Shown one piece after another: positions 17,405 through 26,717 of a stretch of 58,634 nucleotides of DNA. This stretch comes from a virus (taxonomy: Duplodnaviria; Caudoviricetes). The position numbers were made by a program, and so were the translations under genes. The stretch spans positions 1 to 58,634 of IMG/VR virus record IMGVR_UViG_3300033552_000007, one strand, 5' to 3'. The notes under the pieces are model-generated. The model saw only the letters and a list, made by a program, of their open reading frames with translations, did no database searches and was not told the origin of the DNA. The stretch's first letter is position 1, and each line of letters begins with the position of its first letter.

Positions 17405-17651
17405 CATTTTCACGCATACAGATTGCACCCAAAGAAGCTCGCGCAAGCGGATAAGAGTAAGGGGTAAACAATTATGTCTGATACACAAAGACAGTCTGTA
17501 GCCGTGAGAGTGACACCCGCTATTCACACCATTGATGATTGAGCCGCGCCCAAAAAGCAGGGGAGTAATCACGGTCGTATATTTACGACACACAAGAATA
17601 GCCACGCTTAACCGCTTCTCTCTTCAACAAATTTAATAAGAAAGGCAACAC

Positions 17652-18041
17652 ATGGCTTCACCAGTAGAAAGCGGCGAAGCCGTGACAACATTAGCAGTAG
17701 CAGTAGCCGCGCCTAGCCTGGCTTTGCTATTCACGGCTTGGCCTTTCGGTATTGCCTTTATCGCAAGCTGTGTAGCACTGATCTATGTAGTGCGCATGGA
17801 CTTAGATATTGCGGTAAAGAATATTATCGGCAGCACGCTAATTGGCGGCGCCATTTCACAATTAACCGCTATACCGGTATTGGCGATCATTAAACAAACG
17901 CGCCCAGAGCTTTTAAATTGGGCCGAAAACGCACAAATGCCGATGACAGCGATACTTGCCATCATTATTGGCTTATTGGCGCAACAGCTAATGCCTAAAA
18001 TATTAAACCGCTTAGGTAAAGTGGTGGACGGGGATAAGTGA
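17652..18041 (+). CDS. Putative holin (about 3 TM)
   Basis: Multiple hydrophobic helices, charged C-terminus, first late gene. Confidence 0.6.
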   Translation: MASPVESGEAVTTLAVAVAAPSLALLFTAWPFGIAFIASCVALIYVVRMDLDIAVKNIIGSTLIGGAISQLTAIPVLAIIKQTRPELLNWAENAQMPMTAILAIIIGLLAQQLMPKILNRLGKVVDGDK

Positions 18042-18042
18042 A

Positions 18043-18375
18043 ATGTTACTTACGTTATCAAAGCTTCTAATTTATGCGTCTTTACTCTTGCTTGCTTTTG
18101 GTTGCATCCAGACAGCCAATAAAATGAATAAAAGCTCTTGTGCATGCGAACGCCACGGAATGGCTGCAGTGATTGTTGGTTGTACCACTTTCTACCTCGC
18201 TTTATTTTACAACTTAACGCGAGAATATCTCATTCTTTCTTTAGTGCCGCTAATATCTGGCATTGCGCTTTGGTTGATTGTCAGCGATCCAAGTTCGCAT
18301 CATAAGTTCGATAAGATCGCTACTGACCTAAAAATGCGCGCAATCATGGCGCTAGAACTGATTAAAAAACTATGA
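18043..18375 (+). CDS. Membrane protein, holin/antiholin candidate
   Basis: Three hydrophobic segments; adjacent to the putative holin. Confidence 0.5.
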   Translation: MLLTLSKLLIYASLLLLAFGCIQTANKMNKSSCACERHGMAAVIVGCTTFYLALFYNLTREYLILSLVPLISGIALWLIVSDPSSHHKFDKIATDLKMRAIMALELIKKL

Positions 18376-18971
18376 CTGATACTAGGGTATTGGCTAAATC
18401 AAAAGAAATGGCTGAAAAAGTAAAGAAATTGAAAGTGGCGCCAAAGCAGAACAATAAAGGCGAATTACAACTTACTGGTAGAGCAAGTTCTTACACTCTT
18501 GAAATTGGTAATGCTATCTGTGAACAAATTGCAAACGGCGTAAGTTTACGCAAAATTTGCATGGCAGAAACAATGCCTGGAGCTTCAAGTGTATTCAGAT
18601 GGTTGAATGAGAATGTTAGCTTTCGGGAGCAATACGCGCGCGCCAAGGAAGAACAAGCTGAAACGCTGGCAGAAGAGATTATCGAGATTGCAGACGATTC
18701 AGCAAATGACACTTACATTGACGATAACGGAAATGTAAGAACAGACAATGAAGTTGTTGCACGTTCCCGCTTAAAAGTTGAAGCGCGTAAATGGGTAGCA
18801 TCAAAATTAAAACCGCATAAATACGGGGATTCAATCAATTTAAACCATTCTGGCAAGGTAGACCTAACTAATGAACAACTTGAATCTAAGCTTGCTCAGT
18901 TATTCAGAAAAGCAGGAATTACTGGCGCTGATGGAGTTGAAGAAATACCGGGCGGATCGACTAAAGATTAA
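18372..18971 (+). CDS. terS: Terminase small subunit (Sf6-like)
   Basis: ICEQIANGVSLRKIC...FREQYARAKE...EIIEIADD...RKWVASKLKPHKYGD. Confidence 0.9.
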   Translation: MTDTRVLAKSKEMAEKVKKLKVAPKQNNKGELQLTGRASSYTLEIGNAICEQIANGVSLRKICMAETMPGASSVFRWLNENVSFREQYARAKEEQAETLAEEIIEIADDSANDTYIDDNGNVRTDNEVVARSRLKVEARKWVASKLKPHKYGDSINLNHSGKVDLTNEQLESKLAQLFRKAGITGADGVEEIPGGSTKD

Positions 18972-19605
18972 AACCTTCTTTCAAGATGAAGGTGATTTTG
19001 GCCGTGCTAACTATCCAAAGCAGATGGAGTTCTTTGAAGCTGGCGATAAATATCGTGAGCGTTGTTTCATGGCTGGCAATCGAGTTGGTAAAACAATCGC
19101 AGGCGCTTTTGAGGTTACATCGCATTTAACAGGCGATTATCCGCATTGGTGGCTTGGTTATTACTTTGATCGTCCGATTAGAGCATGGGCCGCAGGCAAG
19201 ACGAACGAAACCACACGCGATATTGTGCAAGAAAAACTACTGGGCCAAGTGATTGGTTCTGGCCCAACAAAAGGCGTAAGCGGCACTGGCATGATACCAG
19301 GTGACTTAATCGGTGATATTAACTGGAAGCAGGGCGTACCTGATTTAGTTGATAACGTGATGATTAAGCATGTAAGCGGCGAATGGTCTATGTTGGGTTT
19401 TAAGAGTTATCAGCAAGGCCGTGGTTCATTTGAAGGCACCGAGCAAGATTTTATCTGGCTGGATGAAGAGCCGCCAATGGACGTTTACGGCGAATGTTTA
19501 ATAAGAACTGCCACTACAAACGGCAGGATTGTACTGACATTTACTCCGCTTGAAGGCATGAGCGAAACCGTGATGCAGTTTATACCGCAAGGCGTAGCTA
19601 CTTAA
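18871..19605 (+). CDS. terL: Terminase large subunit, N-terminal ATPase part (P22-like)
   Basis: Walker A AGNRVGKT, Walker B IWLDEE, coupling motif TFTP. Confidence 0.9.
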   Translation: MNNLNLSLLSYSEKQELLALMELKKYRADRLKIKTFFQDEGDFGRANYPKQMEFFEAGDKYRERCFMAGNRVGKTIAGAFEVTSHLTGDYPHWWLGYYFDRPIRAWAAGKTNETTRDIVQEKLLGQVIGSGPTKGVSGTGMIPGDLIGDINWKQGVPDLVDNVMIKHVSGEWSMLGFKSYQQGRGSFEGTEQDFIWLDEEPPMDVYGECLIRTATTNGRIVLTFTPLEGMSETVMQFIPQGVAT

Positions 19606-20393
19606 TGCCACACGTTACGAGTTCCCGCTATTTAGTAATGGCGGGTTGGGATGATATTCCCCATTTAGACGCAACGGTTAAGCGTGAGCTGCTAGATTCA
19701 ACCCCCGCTTATTTGCGCGATGCCCGTTCAAAAGGCGTCCCGACTTTAGGTAGTGGGCGCATTTTTACCGTTTCAGAAGAATTAATTAGCGTACTAGCGT
19801 TTGCAATCCCTAAGCACTGGCTTAGGATAAATGCGATTGACTTTGGTTGGGATCACCCATTCGGTTCTGTATGGATGGCCTATGATCGCGACACAGACAC
19901 GATGTATGTAACGGATACTTACCGTATGCGTGAATCAACCCCTGTTATCCATGCGGCCGCGATTAAGCCGCGTGGTGAGTGGATTCCAGTTGCTTGGCCG
20001 CATGATGGATTACAAAGCGAAAAAGGCAGTGGAATAGTATTGCAAAGGCAATATCGTGAACAAGGCTTGAATATGCTGGCCAATCATGCGCAATTTGTAC
20101 CAGAAGGCGCAGACGGTGAAACAAGAACTAGCCGCACATCGGTTGAGGCTGGATTGATTGGCATGCTGGATATGATGCAAACAGGCCGCTTTAAAGTGTT
20201 TAGCCATTTGAATGACTGGTTTGAAGAGTATCGCATTTACCACCGCAAAGACGGCAAGGTTGTTAAGTTGATGGATGACTTACTTTCTGCCACTCGATAC
20301 GGCTACATGACGATCAAGCAACACGGCGAAATTGAGCCGAAAGAAAAATTTAAAGCAATACCCCGAAGATTCTCATGGAAAGCAGGCGGTTAA
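19605..20393 (+). CDS. terL: Terminase large subunit, lid + C-terminal nuclease part
   Basis: GWDDIPHL, IDFGWDHP, AWPHDG, DDLLSATRY. Confidence 0.9.
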   Translation: MPHVTSSRYLVMAGWDDIPHLDATVKRELLDSTPAYLRDARSKGVPTLGSGRIFTVSEELISVLAFAIPKHWLRINAIDFGWDHPFGSVWMAYDRDTDTMYVTDTYRMRESTPVIHAAAIKPRGEWIPVAWPHDGLQSEKGSGIVLQRQYREQGLNMLANHAQFVPEGADGETRTSRTSVEAGLIGMLDMMQTGRFKVFSHLNDWFEEYRIYHRKDGKVVKLMDDLLSATRYGYMTIKQHGEIEPKEKFKAIPRRFSWKAGG

Positions 20394-22618
20394 TGGATAG
20401 TTTAGATGAAAGCAAGCAAGGCGGAACCGTAGAAACGGACGATAACGCCCTGAGCTTTCAAGAGTACGAAGACATCCTTGACGAGATTAAACAGCAACCT
20501 AACTTTCGTATTGAATCAGACAAGTGCGCGGACTATTACGATGGCAATCAATTAGATTCTGAAACATTAAAAAGAATGGGCGAGCTTGGCATTGCACCCA
20601 TCATTGAAAACTTATTTTCACCTACGATTAACGCCATTTGTGGCTTAGAAGCTAAGACACGCAAAGACATTCGCGTGACTACGGCCAACGATGAAGAGTT
20701 CGCGGACCTAGCGGATGCTATTAGCCAGAAGCTTTTTGAAGCGCAGAAAGAAGCGCAATCAGACCGTGCTAACTCACAAGTATTTAAGTCTGCCGTTGTT
20801 GCAGGCATTGGCTGGATTGAAGTAGGGCGCAACACAGACCCATTTAAACCGCCATACCGTTATGAGTACGTGCATAGAAACGAGATTTTCTATGATATGA
20901 AATTTAAGAATCTGGATTACAGCGATGGATCGTACTTAGTTAATGCGCGCTGGTATCACGTTAAGCATTTGCAACAAGTATTTCCGCAGCATAAAGAAAT
21001 GCTGGAGCATATTGGTAGCGGCTGGATTGACCATGAATCAATCCTTTCTACCCAAAATACAGGCTTATCCAACGCTTTTGAGCAAGAGCGCAAGCTAACA
21101 CTCGATGAAAACACATGGCGCAAGACAAACAGCAAGCGGCTACGTTTAAACGCTGTCTGGTATAAGCGCTGGGTGAATGGCTACATCATTGAATTAAATG
21201 GTGGCTTGGTTGAAGTGTTTGACGAGAATAAACCAATGCACATGCAATCGGCTTATTCCGGTTCAATCGTTCGTAAGGCTAATTACACCACATGGCGCTT
21301 ATCCTGGTGGGTAGGTGCGCATAAGTTAGATGACATTGCGAACCCGTTTAAAAATGGCAAGCTGCCGTTCATTCCATTCTGGGGCCATTTAGAAGATTTA
21401 ACCAATGTGCCGTATGGCGCAGGCCGTGGCATGATTACCATGCAAGACGAGATCAACGCGCGTAACAGTGCGCAGATTTACTTGCTGGCATCAAAACGTA
21501 TCATCATGACCGAAGGCGCAACCATTGATGACATTGAACTGGTCCGCCAGGAAGCAGGCAGGCCAGATGCCTTGATATTGCTTAATCCAAGTGCTATGCA
21601 ACAAGGCGGACGCTTTGATATTACAACCGATGCAGGCTTAAACGCCCAGCAATATCAAGCGCTATTGGATAAACGCCAAGCAATTAAGAACGTTGCCGGC
21701 GTGTATGCGGCCTTTGAGGGTTCAAGCAACAATCAATCGGGCGTGGCTTTAAATGCGGCAACAGAGCAAAGCTCACAAACACTCGCGACTTTATACGATA
21801 GCTACGAAACGTCTAAGGCATTGGCTAATGAATTTCTAATGTCACTCATTATTGAGGATATTGGCGATAAGCCTACGACTGTCACCGTAACCAGTGATTA
21901 CAAACCCGCTAAACAAGTGGGCTTAAACATGGTGGCCGCAGACGGCACGATCAGCAACCAGGTACAAATGGTGCGCTTAAAAGTGGCCTTATCAGACGTG
22001 CCGAACTCTACAAGCCATCGCGTACAGACCTTGCAGTATTACACCCAGTTTATGCAATTTGTACCGGACATTTATAAACCGGTGTTCTTAAAACATATGA
22101 CCAAGCTCATGGACGTTGGCAGTGCGGATAAGAAAGACATTTTAGAAGCGATTGCTAAGATCAATGGTGAAGAGATGCCGATGCAAGCTAAAACGCCAGA
22201 AGAGGCCCAGCAAATTGCCGCGATGAAAGAACAGGCGATGAAGCAGGCTGAAATGGCGATGCAAGATGCTGAACTTAACCTGGCACTAAAAAGCGCACAA
22301 GTTGAGAAGTTGAAAGCCGAAGCACAGCGCTTATTGACTGAAAACAATGGCACGGACGCTGAAAAAGAAGCCTTGCAAGATAAAGTTGAAGAGTATGAGA
22401 ACGACTTGATGCAGGCGGCCAATGAATTTGATACCAAGCGCTTAGAGATTGAAGAGCGTAAGAACACGGCGTTAGAAGTGGCCAAGATTCAAGCCAATGC
22501 ACAGATTCAAATTGCGCAGATGACTAGCCAAGACAAAATTTTGATTGCACAGCTACAGTCCGAGCAAGACGAGATTGAGAAAATACTAGGCATGAATCAA
22601 CAAGCCGCAACACTTTAA
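20393..22618 (+). CDS. Portal protein (P22/933W/Bcep22-type)
   Basis: DYYDGNQL, GIGWIEV, PFIPFWG, PYG...QDEINAR, C-terminal coiled barrel; TAATG start at 20393. Confidence 0.9.
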   Translation: MDSLDESKQGGTVETDDNALSFQEYEDILDEIKQQPNFRIESDKCADYYDGNQLDSETLKRMGELGIAPIIENLFSPTINAICGLEAKTRKDIRVTTANDEEFADLADAISQKLFEAQKEAQSDRANSQVFKSAVVAGIGWIEVGRNTDPFKPPYRYEYVHRNEIFYDMKFKNLDYSDGSYLVNARWYHVKHLQQVFPQHKEMLEHIGSGWIDHESILSTQNTGLSNAFEQERKLTLDENTWRKTNSKRLRLNAVWYKRWVNGYIIELNGGLVEVFDENKPMHMQSAYSGSIVRKANYTTWRLSWWVGAHKLDDIANPFKNGKLPFIPFWGHLEDLTNVPYGAGRGMITMQDEINARNSAQIYLLASKRIIMTEGATIDDIELVRQEAGRPDALILLNPSAMQQGGRFDITTDAGLNAQQYQALLDKRQAIKNVAGVYAAFEGSSNNQSGVALNAATEQSSQTLATLYDSYETSKALANEFLMSLIIEDIGDKPTTVTVTSDYKPAKQVGLNMVAADGTISNQVQMVRLKVALSDVPNSTSHRVQTLQYYTQFMQFVPDIYKPVFLKHMTKLMDVGSADKKDILEAIAKINGEEMPMQAKTPEEAQQIAAMKEQAMKQAEMAMQDAELNLALKSAQVEKLKAEAQRLLTENNGTDAEKEALQDKVEEYENDLMQAANEFDTKRLEIEERKNTALEVAKIQANAQIQIAQMTSQDKILIAQLQSEQDEIEKILGMNQQAATL

Positions 22619-22629
22619 ACAGTTTTATT

Positions 22630-22744
22630 CGCAGCCCAGCGCACGGGCAACCAAGAACGCCAGCCTAGTGCTGGTTTTTTTACACCTAACCACCGCTGAA
22701 TAAGCGGCTTTTTTTAATATCCTTACCGCAACCCAGCGCACGGG
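22630..22744 (+). repeat. Two copies of cgcaRcccagcgcacggg flanking two tandem terminator hairpins
   Basis: Copies at 22630-22647 and 22727-22744; hairpins ccagc-ctagt-gctgg+T and ccgct-gaata-agcgg+T between them. Confidence 0.75.
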
Positions 22745-22766
22745 ATGGCTTAGGCCATAGGAGCAA

Positions 22767-23738
22767 ATGATGACAACAGCAACGTATGACGATTTATTAA
22801 ACAACCCTGACAAGTTAGCCAGCATGAGTATGGAAGAGATTGAGGCGTTTACCGCTTCATTGGACGACAGCCAGACAGGTGAACTAAAAGACGGTGAACC
22901 AGTGGAATCGCCTGCCACACCAGAGGTAGTTAATAAGCCAGACGTAGATAATCCAAAAGGCGTACAAGACAAATCGGGCAGTAGCATTATTCCCTATGAA
23001 GTTTTAGTAAGTGAGCGCAACAAGTCAAAAGAACTAGCCGAAAGACAAGCAGAAGCCATTGCGCGGATTGCTGAACTAGAAGCTCAAGTTGCTAATGGCA
23101 AGGCGGCCACAACCAATGCCGAACTGGACGAATCGTTATTTTTAAGTGAAGAAGAACTTGAAGCTTTAGCGGACGAAATGCCAGCAGAGGCAGAACGTAC
23201 GCGCAAGATGCAAGACTTCGCTAGACGCCAGGCCAACGCTTTGCAACAAAAAGAAGCGGACACCCAGCGTTTGCAACAATCTTTGGTGGTGAACACGACC
23301 CAGATTGCCATTGATTCAGTACCTAAGCTTGCTTTTATTCAAGCAACTAAGCCAGCGTTATTCAGCTTGGCCGTAAGTATTGACAATCAATTGCAACAGG
23401 AAGCAGAAACCAATCCAGAAATTGCGGCCATGAGTTTAACCGAGCGCTTTGCTTTAGCGGTAACAAGGCTAGAGGAAGAAATCGGCACTGAAATTGACGT
23501 TAAAAAATCATCTAAGCCAACATCAGAACAATTAAAACAAGCAGCTACACAAGCGAAAACGGCGGCTGACACTAAAGCCAGTACAACCCCATTATCCATG
23601 GCGGACATTCAAGGCGGCGCAATTCCTGCCGCTGATGAATATGCCAACTTCTTTGAGAAGTCGCCACAAGATATGGAAGTTGCATTAAGCAAGATGACAG
23701 AAAGCCAAAAGAACGCGCTCTATGCGCGAATACGCTAA
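22767..23738 (+). CDS. Scaffolding protein
   Basis: Acidic coiled-coil protein with IIPYEVL motif, between portal and capsid. Confidence 0.8.
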   Translation: MMTTATYDDLLNNPDKLASMSMEEIEAFTASLDDSQTGELKDGEPVESPATPEVVNKPDVDNPKGVQDKSGSSIIPYEVLVSERNKSKELAERQAEAIARIAELEAQVANGKAATTNAELDESLFLSEEELEALADEMPAEAERTRKMQDFARRQANALQQKEADTQRLQQSLVVNTTQIAIDSVPKLAFIQATKPALFSLAVSIDNQLQQEAETNPEIAAMSLTERFALAVTRLEEEIGTEIDVKKSSKPTSEQLKQAATQAKTAADTKASTTPLSMADIQGGAIPAADEYANFFEKSPQDMEVALSKMTESQKNALYARIR

Positions 23739-23754
23739 TTAAATATACCGAAAC

Positions 23755-23778
23755 GACCCGCCTAGTGCGGGTTTTTTC
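23755..23778 (+). terminator. Intrinsic terminator
   Basis: acccgc-ctagt-gcgggt plus T-run. Confidence 0.7.
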
Positions 23779-23796
23779 ATATTAGGAGTTATACAA

Positions 23797-25086
23797 ATGC
23801 AAACTACAGTACCAGCAAATAGCCCACAGGCCGCCCGTTTAATCGGCGTTGCACTGTTCTCAGAAACCCAACAACAAAATACCAAGCTTCGTATGATGGC
23901 TGGCCCAAAGCCAACTATGGCCGAAGTAGGTAATAAAATTGAGAAACAACAATCATCACCAGATATGCCGTTGATTGAGATCTACGATCTTGCCAACACA
24001 GCCGGCCAATCAGTAACCGTTGATTGCTTTAATATCTTAACGGCACAACCGATCATGGGTAGTAAAAATGCCGAAGGTTTAGGCACACCACTTTCATTTT
24101 CAAACATGGAATTGGGCTTAAACCAATGGACATTCCCTGTATCTGGCGGCGATAACTTAGCGCAACAACGTACTAGCATTCAATTGCGTGAGTTAGCCCG
24201 TAAATCGGCACCTGGTTTAGTATCCCGCTATTGGGAGCAACGCCACTTTGTTCATGCAGCAGGCGCGCGCGGTTCACAAATCAATCGTGACTGGACTATC
24301 CCGTTAGAAACAGATCCTAACTACGGCGCTGTAATGATTAACCCAGTTAAGGCCCCAACATTTAACCGTCACTACGTTGTATCTGGTACGGACTTGATTC
24401 AAGGCGGCCAACAATTAGGTTCAATCTCAAGCACTGATACGTTGAAATTGATTCACTTAGATGGTCTACGCAACATCATTGATACTTTACCGTTCACATT
24501 GCAATCTGTGAAATATCAAAGCGATTATGCGTCTACTGATAGCGCGATGTGGGTGTACTTTGCGCCACCAGGCCAATATTCATCTTTATTGCAAGAAGGC
24601 GCCTTACGTTCATTCCAAGCAAATGCTAAAGAACGTGCGACATACTTCAAAGATGCGCGCCATCCATTGTTTGCCGGTGAGTGCGGTATGTGGAATGGTA
24701 TTTTAGTGATTAAACAAACGCGTGCAGTGATTCGCTTCTTAAAAGGTGATTCAACCAACATCATTACTGGTGCCAACAAAGCAACAGGCGTGGAATCAGC
24801 ACAAGTAGTTAATGCGGCTTTGACAAACGGTTTTGAAGTGCAGCGCGGTATCTTAATGGGCGCACAGGCTTTGGCTTGCGTGTACGGTAAAGATTCACGT
24901 TCTGGTACGCATTACTCATGGAGCGAGGTTGATTTAAACCATGGCCGTGATAAAGAGTTCGCTGTGTACGGCATTGAAGGTTCTGCCAAAATTCGTTTTG
25001 ATGTACCTGACGAGTTCGGCGTAAAAATCCCAACAGACAACGGCATTATCGTAGTGGATTGCGCCGCTAAGATCGTAAACGTTTAA
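23797..25086 (+). CDS. Major capsid protein (N4-gp56 / DUF4043 type)
   Basis: 429 aa; HPLFAGECGMWNGIL and RGILMGAQALA motifs; strong RBS. Confidence 0.9.
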   Translation: MQTTVPANSPQAARLIGVALFSETQQQNTKLRMMAGPKPTMAEVGNKIEKQQSSPDMPLIEIYDLANTAGQSVTVDCFNILTAQPIMGSKNAEGLGTPLSFSNMELGLNQWTFPVSGGDNLAQQRTSIQLRELARKSAPGLVSRYWEQRHFVHAAGARGSQINRDWTIPLETDPNYGAVMINPVKAPTFNRHYVVSGTDLIQGGQQLGSISSTDTLKLIHLDGLRNIIDTLPFTLQSVKYQSDYASTDSAMWVYFAPPGQYSSLLQEGALRSFQANAKERATYFKDARHPLFAGECGMWNGILVIKQTRAVIRFLKGDSTNIITGANKATGVESAQVVNAALTNGFEVQRGILMGAQALACVYGKDSRSGTHYSWSEVDLNHGRDKEFAVYGIEGSAKIRFDVPDEFGVKIPTDNGIIVVDCAAKIVNV

Positions 25087-25134
25087 TCAACAGCCCCCTT
25101 AATTGGGGGTTAATCATTTTAAAAAGGAATCAAC

Positions 25135-25548
25135 ATGCCACGTATCAATTTAAACGATGCTGCATTAAAACGTTATACCTCGCCTTTATTGGGCAATTCA
25201 TGGGTAGAAACGTACAAATGCGCACAAGCCGCCGCTATTGGCGACACCATCAATTTCGGTATTATCCCAGCAGGTATTGATGTAAACACAGTCGTTATTG
25301 TGACTGATGCCGTTGCGCTAGGTACTTTGTCGCTAGGTTTTGAGCCTGTAGGCGTAGCGCCAACAGCAAACTCAACCCAGTGGTTCAGCGCGCAATCAAT
25401 CGCAACAGCAGGCCGCTTTGTATCAGTATCACAACCATTGCTTTTTGAAGGTGATGTTCGCATTATCGGCACATTAGGTGGCGCGGCTTTAGTAGCGGCA
25501 AACAAAGTCACTGTATTAGTCAATGGTGAATCAGTAGGTTCATTGTAA
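25135..25548 (+). CDS. Capsid decoration / virion protein
   Basis: Beta-rich protein immediately after the capsid gene. Confidence 0.6.
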   Translation: MPRINLNDAALKRYTSPLLGNSWVETYKCAQAAAIGDTINFGIIPAGIDVNTVVIVTDAVALGTLSLGFEPVGVAPTANSTQWFSAQSIATAGRFVSVSQPLLFEGDVRIIGTLGGAALVAANKVTVLVNGESVGSL

Positions 25549-25629
25549 TTAGAACTTAGATAATCTTAATTAAGATTTAAACCAAAAGGGCGGGTGTAAT
25601 AACCTGCCCTTTTTTATAAAGGATTCAAG

Positions 25630-26388
25630 ATGTATATCGGCGTTAAGTATATTGGCAAGAATGAAAGCAAAGAAGATACGATTTGCAACACGGGTGCAGT
25701 CTGGACTAATGGCGAAGTATTTAACTTTGAAGAAGAATCTGCCAAAAAGCTAGCCGTGCATACTGATAGTTTTCAATTGGTGGATATGTCACCAGACGTT
25801 AAAACCTATTCCAACAAGCAGGTGAACACGGTAGATAGTTATGAGCCGTTCCCTAGCCTTGCCACCATGGATAAAGAACAAATTGCGGCATTAGCCAGTG
25901 TTCGCTATGGCATTAAGATTGATATTGAAGGCCGCGAAAAGGACGAGGTAATGTTTGATGCGTTAAATCGCATTAAAGCCGCCAGCTTACGCGCAGACGC
26001 GACAGCACTAGGCACTTCTATCTTGCCGGTTGTTTCATTAACGGTAACGGAAGATGAATACAAAGCTTATATCGCAGGCAAGCTTGAGTTGAAATTGTTG
26101 CCAGTAGGTGCAAAAGCGCCGCAAATGTTAAGCGAAGTTGATCAAGCCGAAGCGGTAGAGGCATTAAAAGATGCAGCCCCAGACCTTAGCATTGGTGATT
26201 TGCCAGAAGAAACGCCATTGGCAGAACAAACGGCAGAGAAAGCCGAGCCAACATTACCAGAGCTATTAGCAAGCCTTAGTTCTAAAAAAGACTTGCAAGA
26301 CTTAGCCAAAGAAAACGGCGTGTCATACGCCAACAGCATGACCGAAGCGCAACTACGCGCCAAGTTATTACGTGAATTGACTAAATAA
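25630..26388 (+). CDS. Head-completion-region protein with C-terminal HeH/Rho-N-like motif
   Basis: VKYIGK...D N-terminus; SKKDLQDLAKENGV...EAQLRAKL. Confidence 0.6.
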   Translation: MYIGVKYIGKNESKEDTICNTGAVWTNGEVFNFEEESAKKLAVHTDSFQLVDMSPDVKTYSNKQVNTVDSYEPFPSLATMDKEQIAALASVRYGIKIDIEGREKDEVMFDALNRIKAASLRADATALGTSILPVVSLTVTEDEYKAYIAGKLELKLLPVGAKAPQMLSEVDQAEAVEALKDAAPDLSIGDLPEETPLAEQTAEKAEPTLPELLASLSSKKDLQDLAKENGVSYANSMTEAQLRAKLLRELTK

Positions 26389-26717
26389 TGTCAATGCAAG
26401 CAGTCGTTAATTTAGCGCGCCTTGATCTGAATGATGATGACAAGGTGCGTTATCCCGATTCTAAGCTACTGCCTTTTGTGAATAACTTTATCCAAGAGGC
26501 CGTAAAGAATCGGCCCGACTTGTTTTTGGGTAGTTTTTTAAGCTTGCCAGACGATAATTTAAAATTGGTTGATACATTCCCCTTGCCTAACAAATATAAA
26601 CGCGCCTGCGCGGACTTTGTTATAGCCCGTTCTAACTTATTGAACACAGAGGACGGCAAAATACCGCTTGCTTCGGCTTATATGGGTATGTCGGCTAAAC
26701 AAGGCGGTGTTGCATGA
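26388..26717 (+). CDS. Head-tail adaptor-like protein
   Basis: ARLDLND...RYPDSKLL...RPDLF pattern. Confidence 0.65.
   Translation: MSMQAVVNLARLDLNDDDKVRYPDSKLLPFVNNFIQEAVKNRPDLFLGSFLSLPDDNLKLVDTFPLPNKYKRACADFVIARSNLLNTEDGKIPLASAYMGMSAKQGGVA

Noticed and set aside
4657-17557. 15-nt match gccgcgcccaaaaag between 4657-4671 (minus) and ~17543 (plus)
   Set aside because: A few 15-mer matches are expected by chance in a 58-kb genome on two strands; no supporting context
16860-17640. CRISPR mini-array
   Set aside because: Repeats are not equal-length direct repeats with regular spacers; no cas genes
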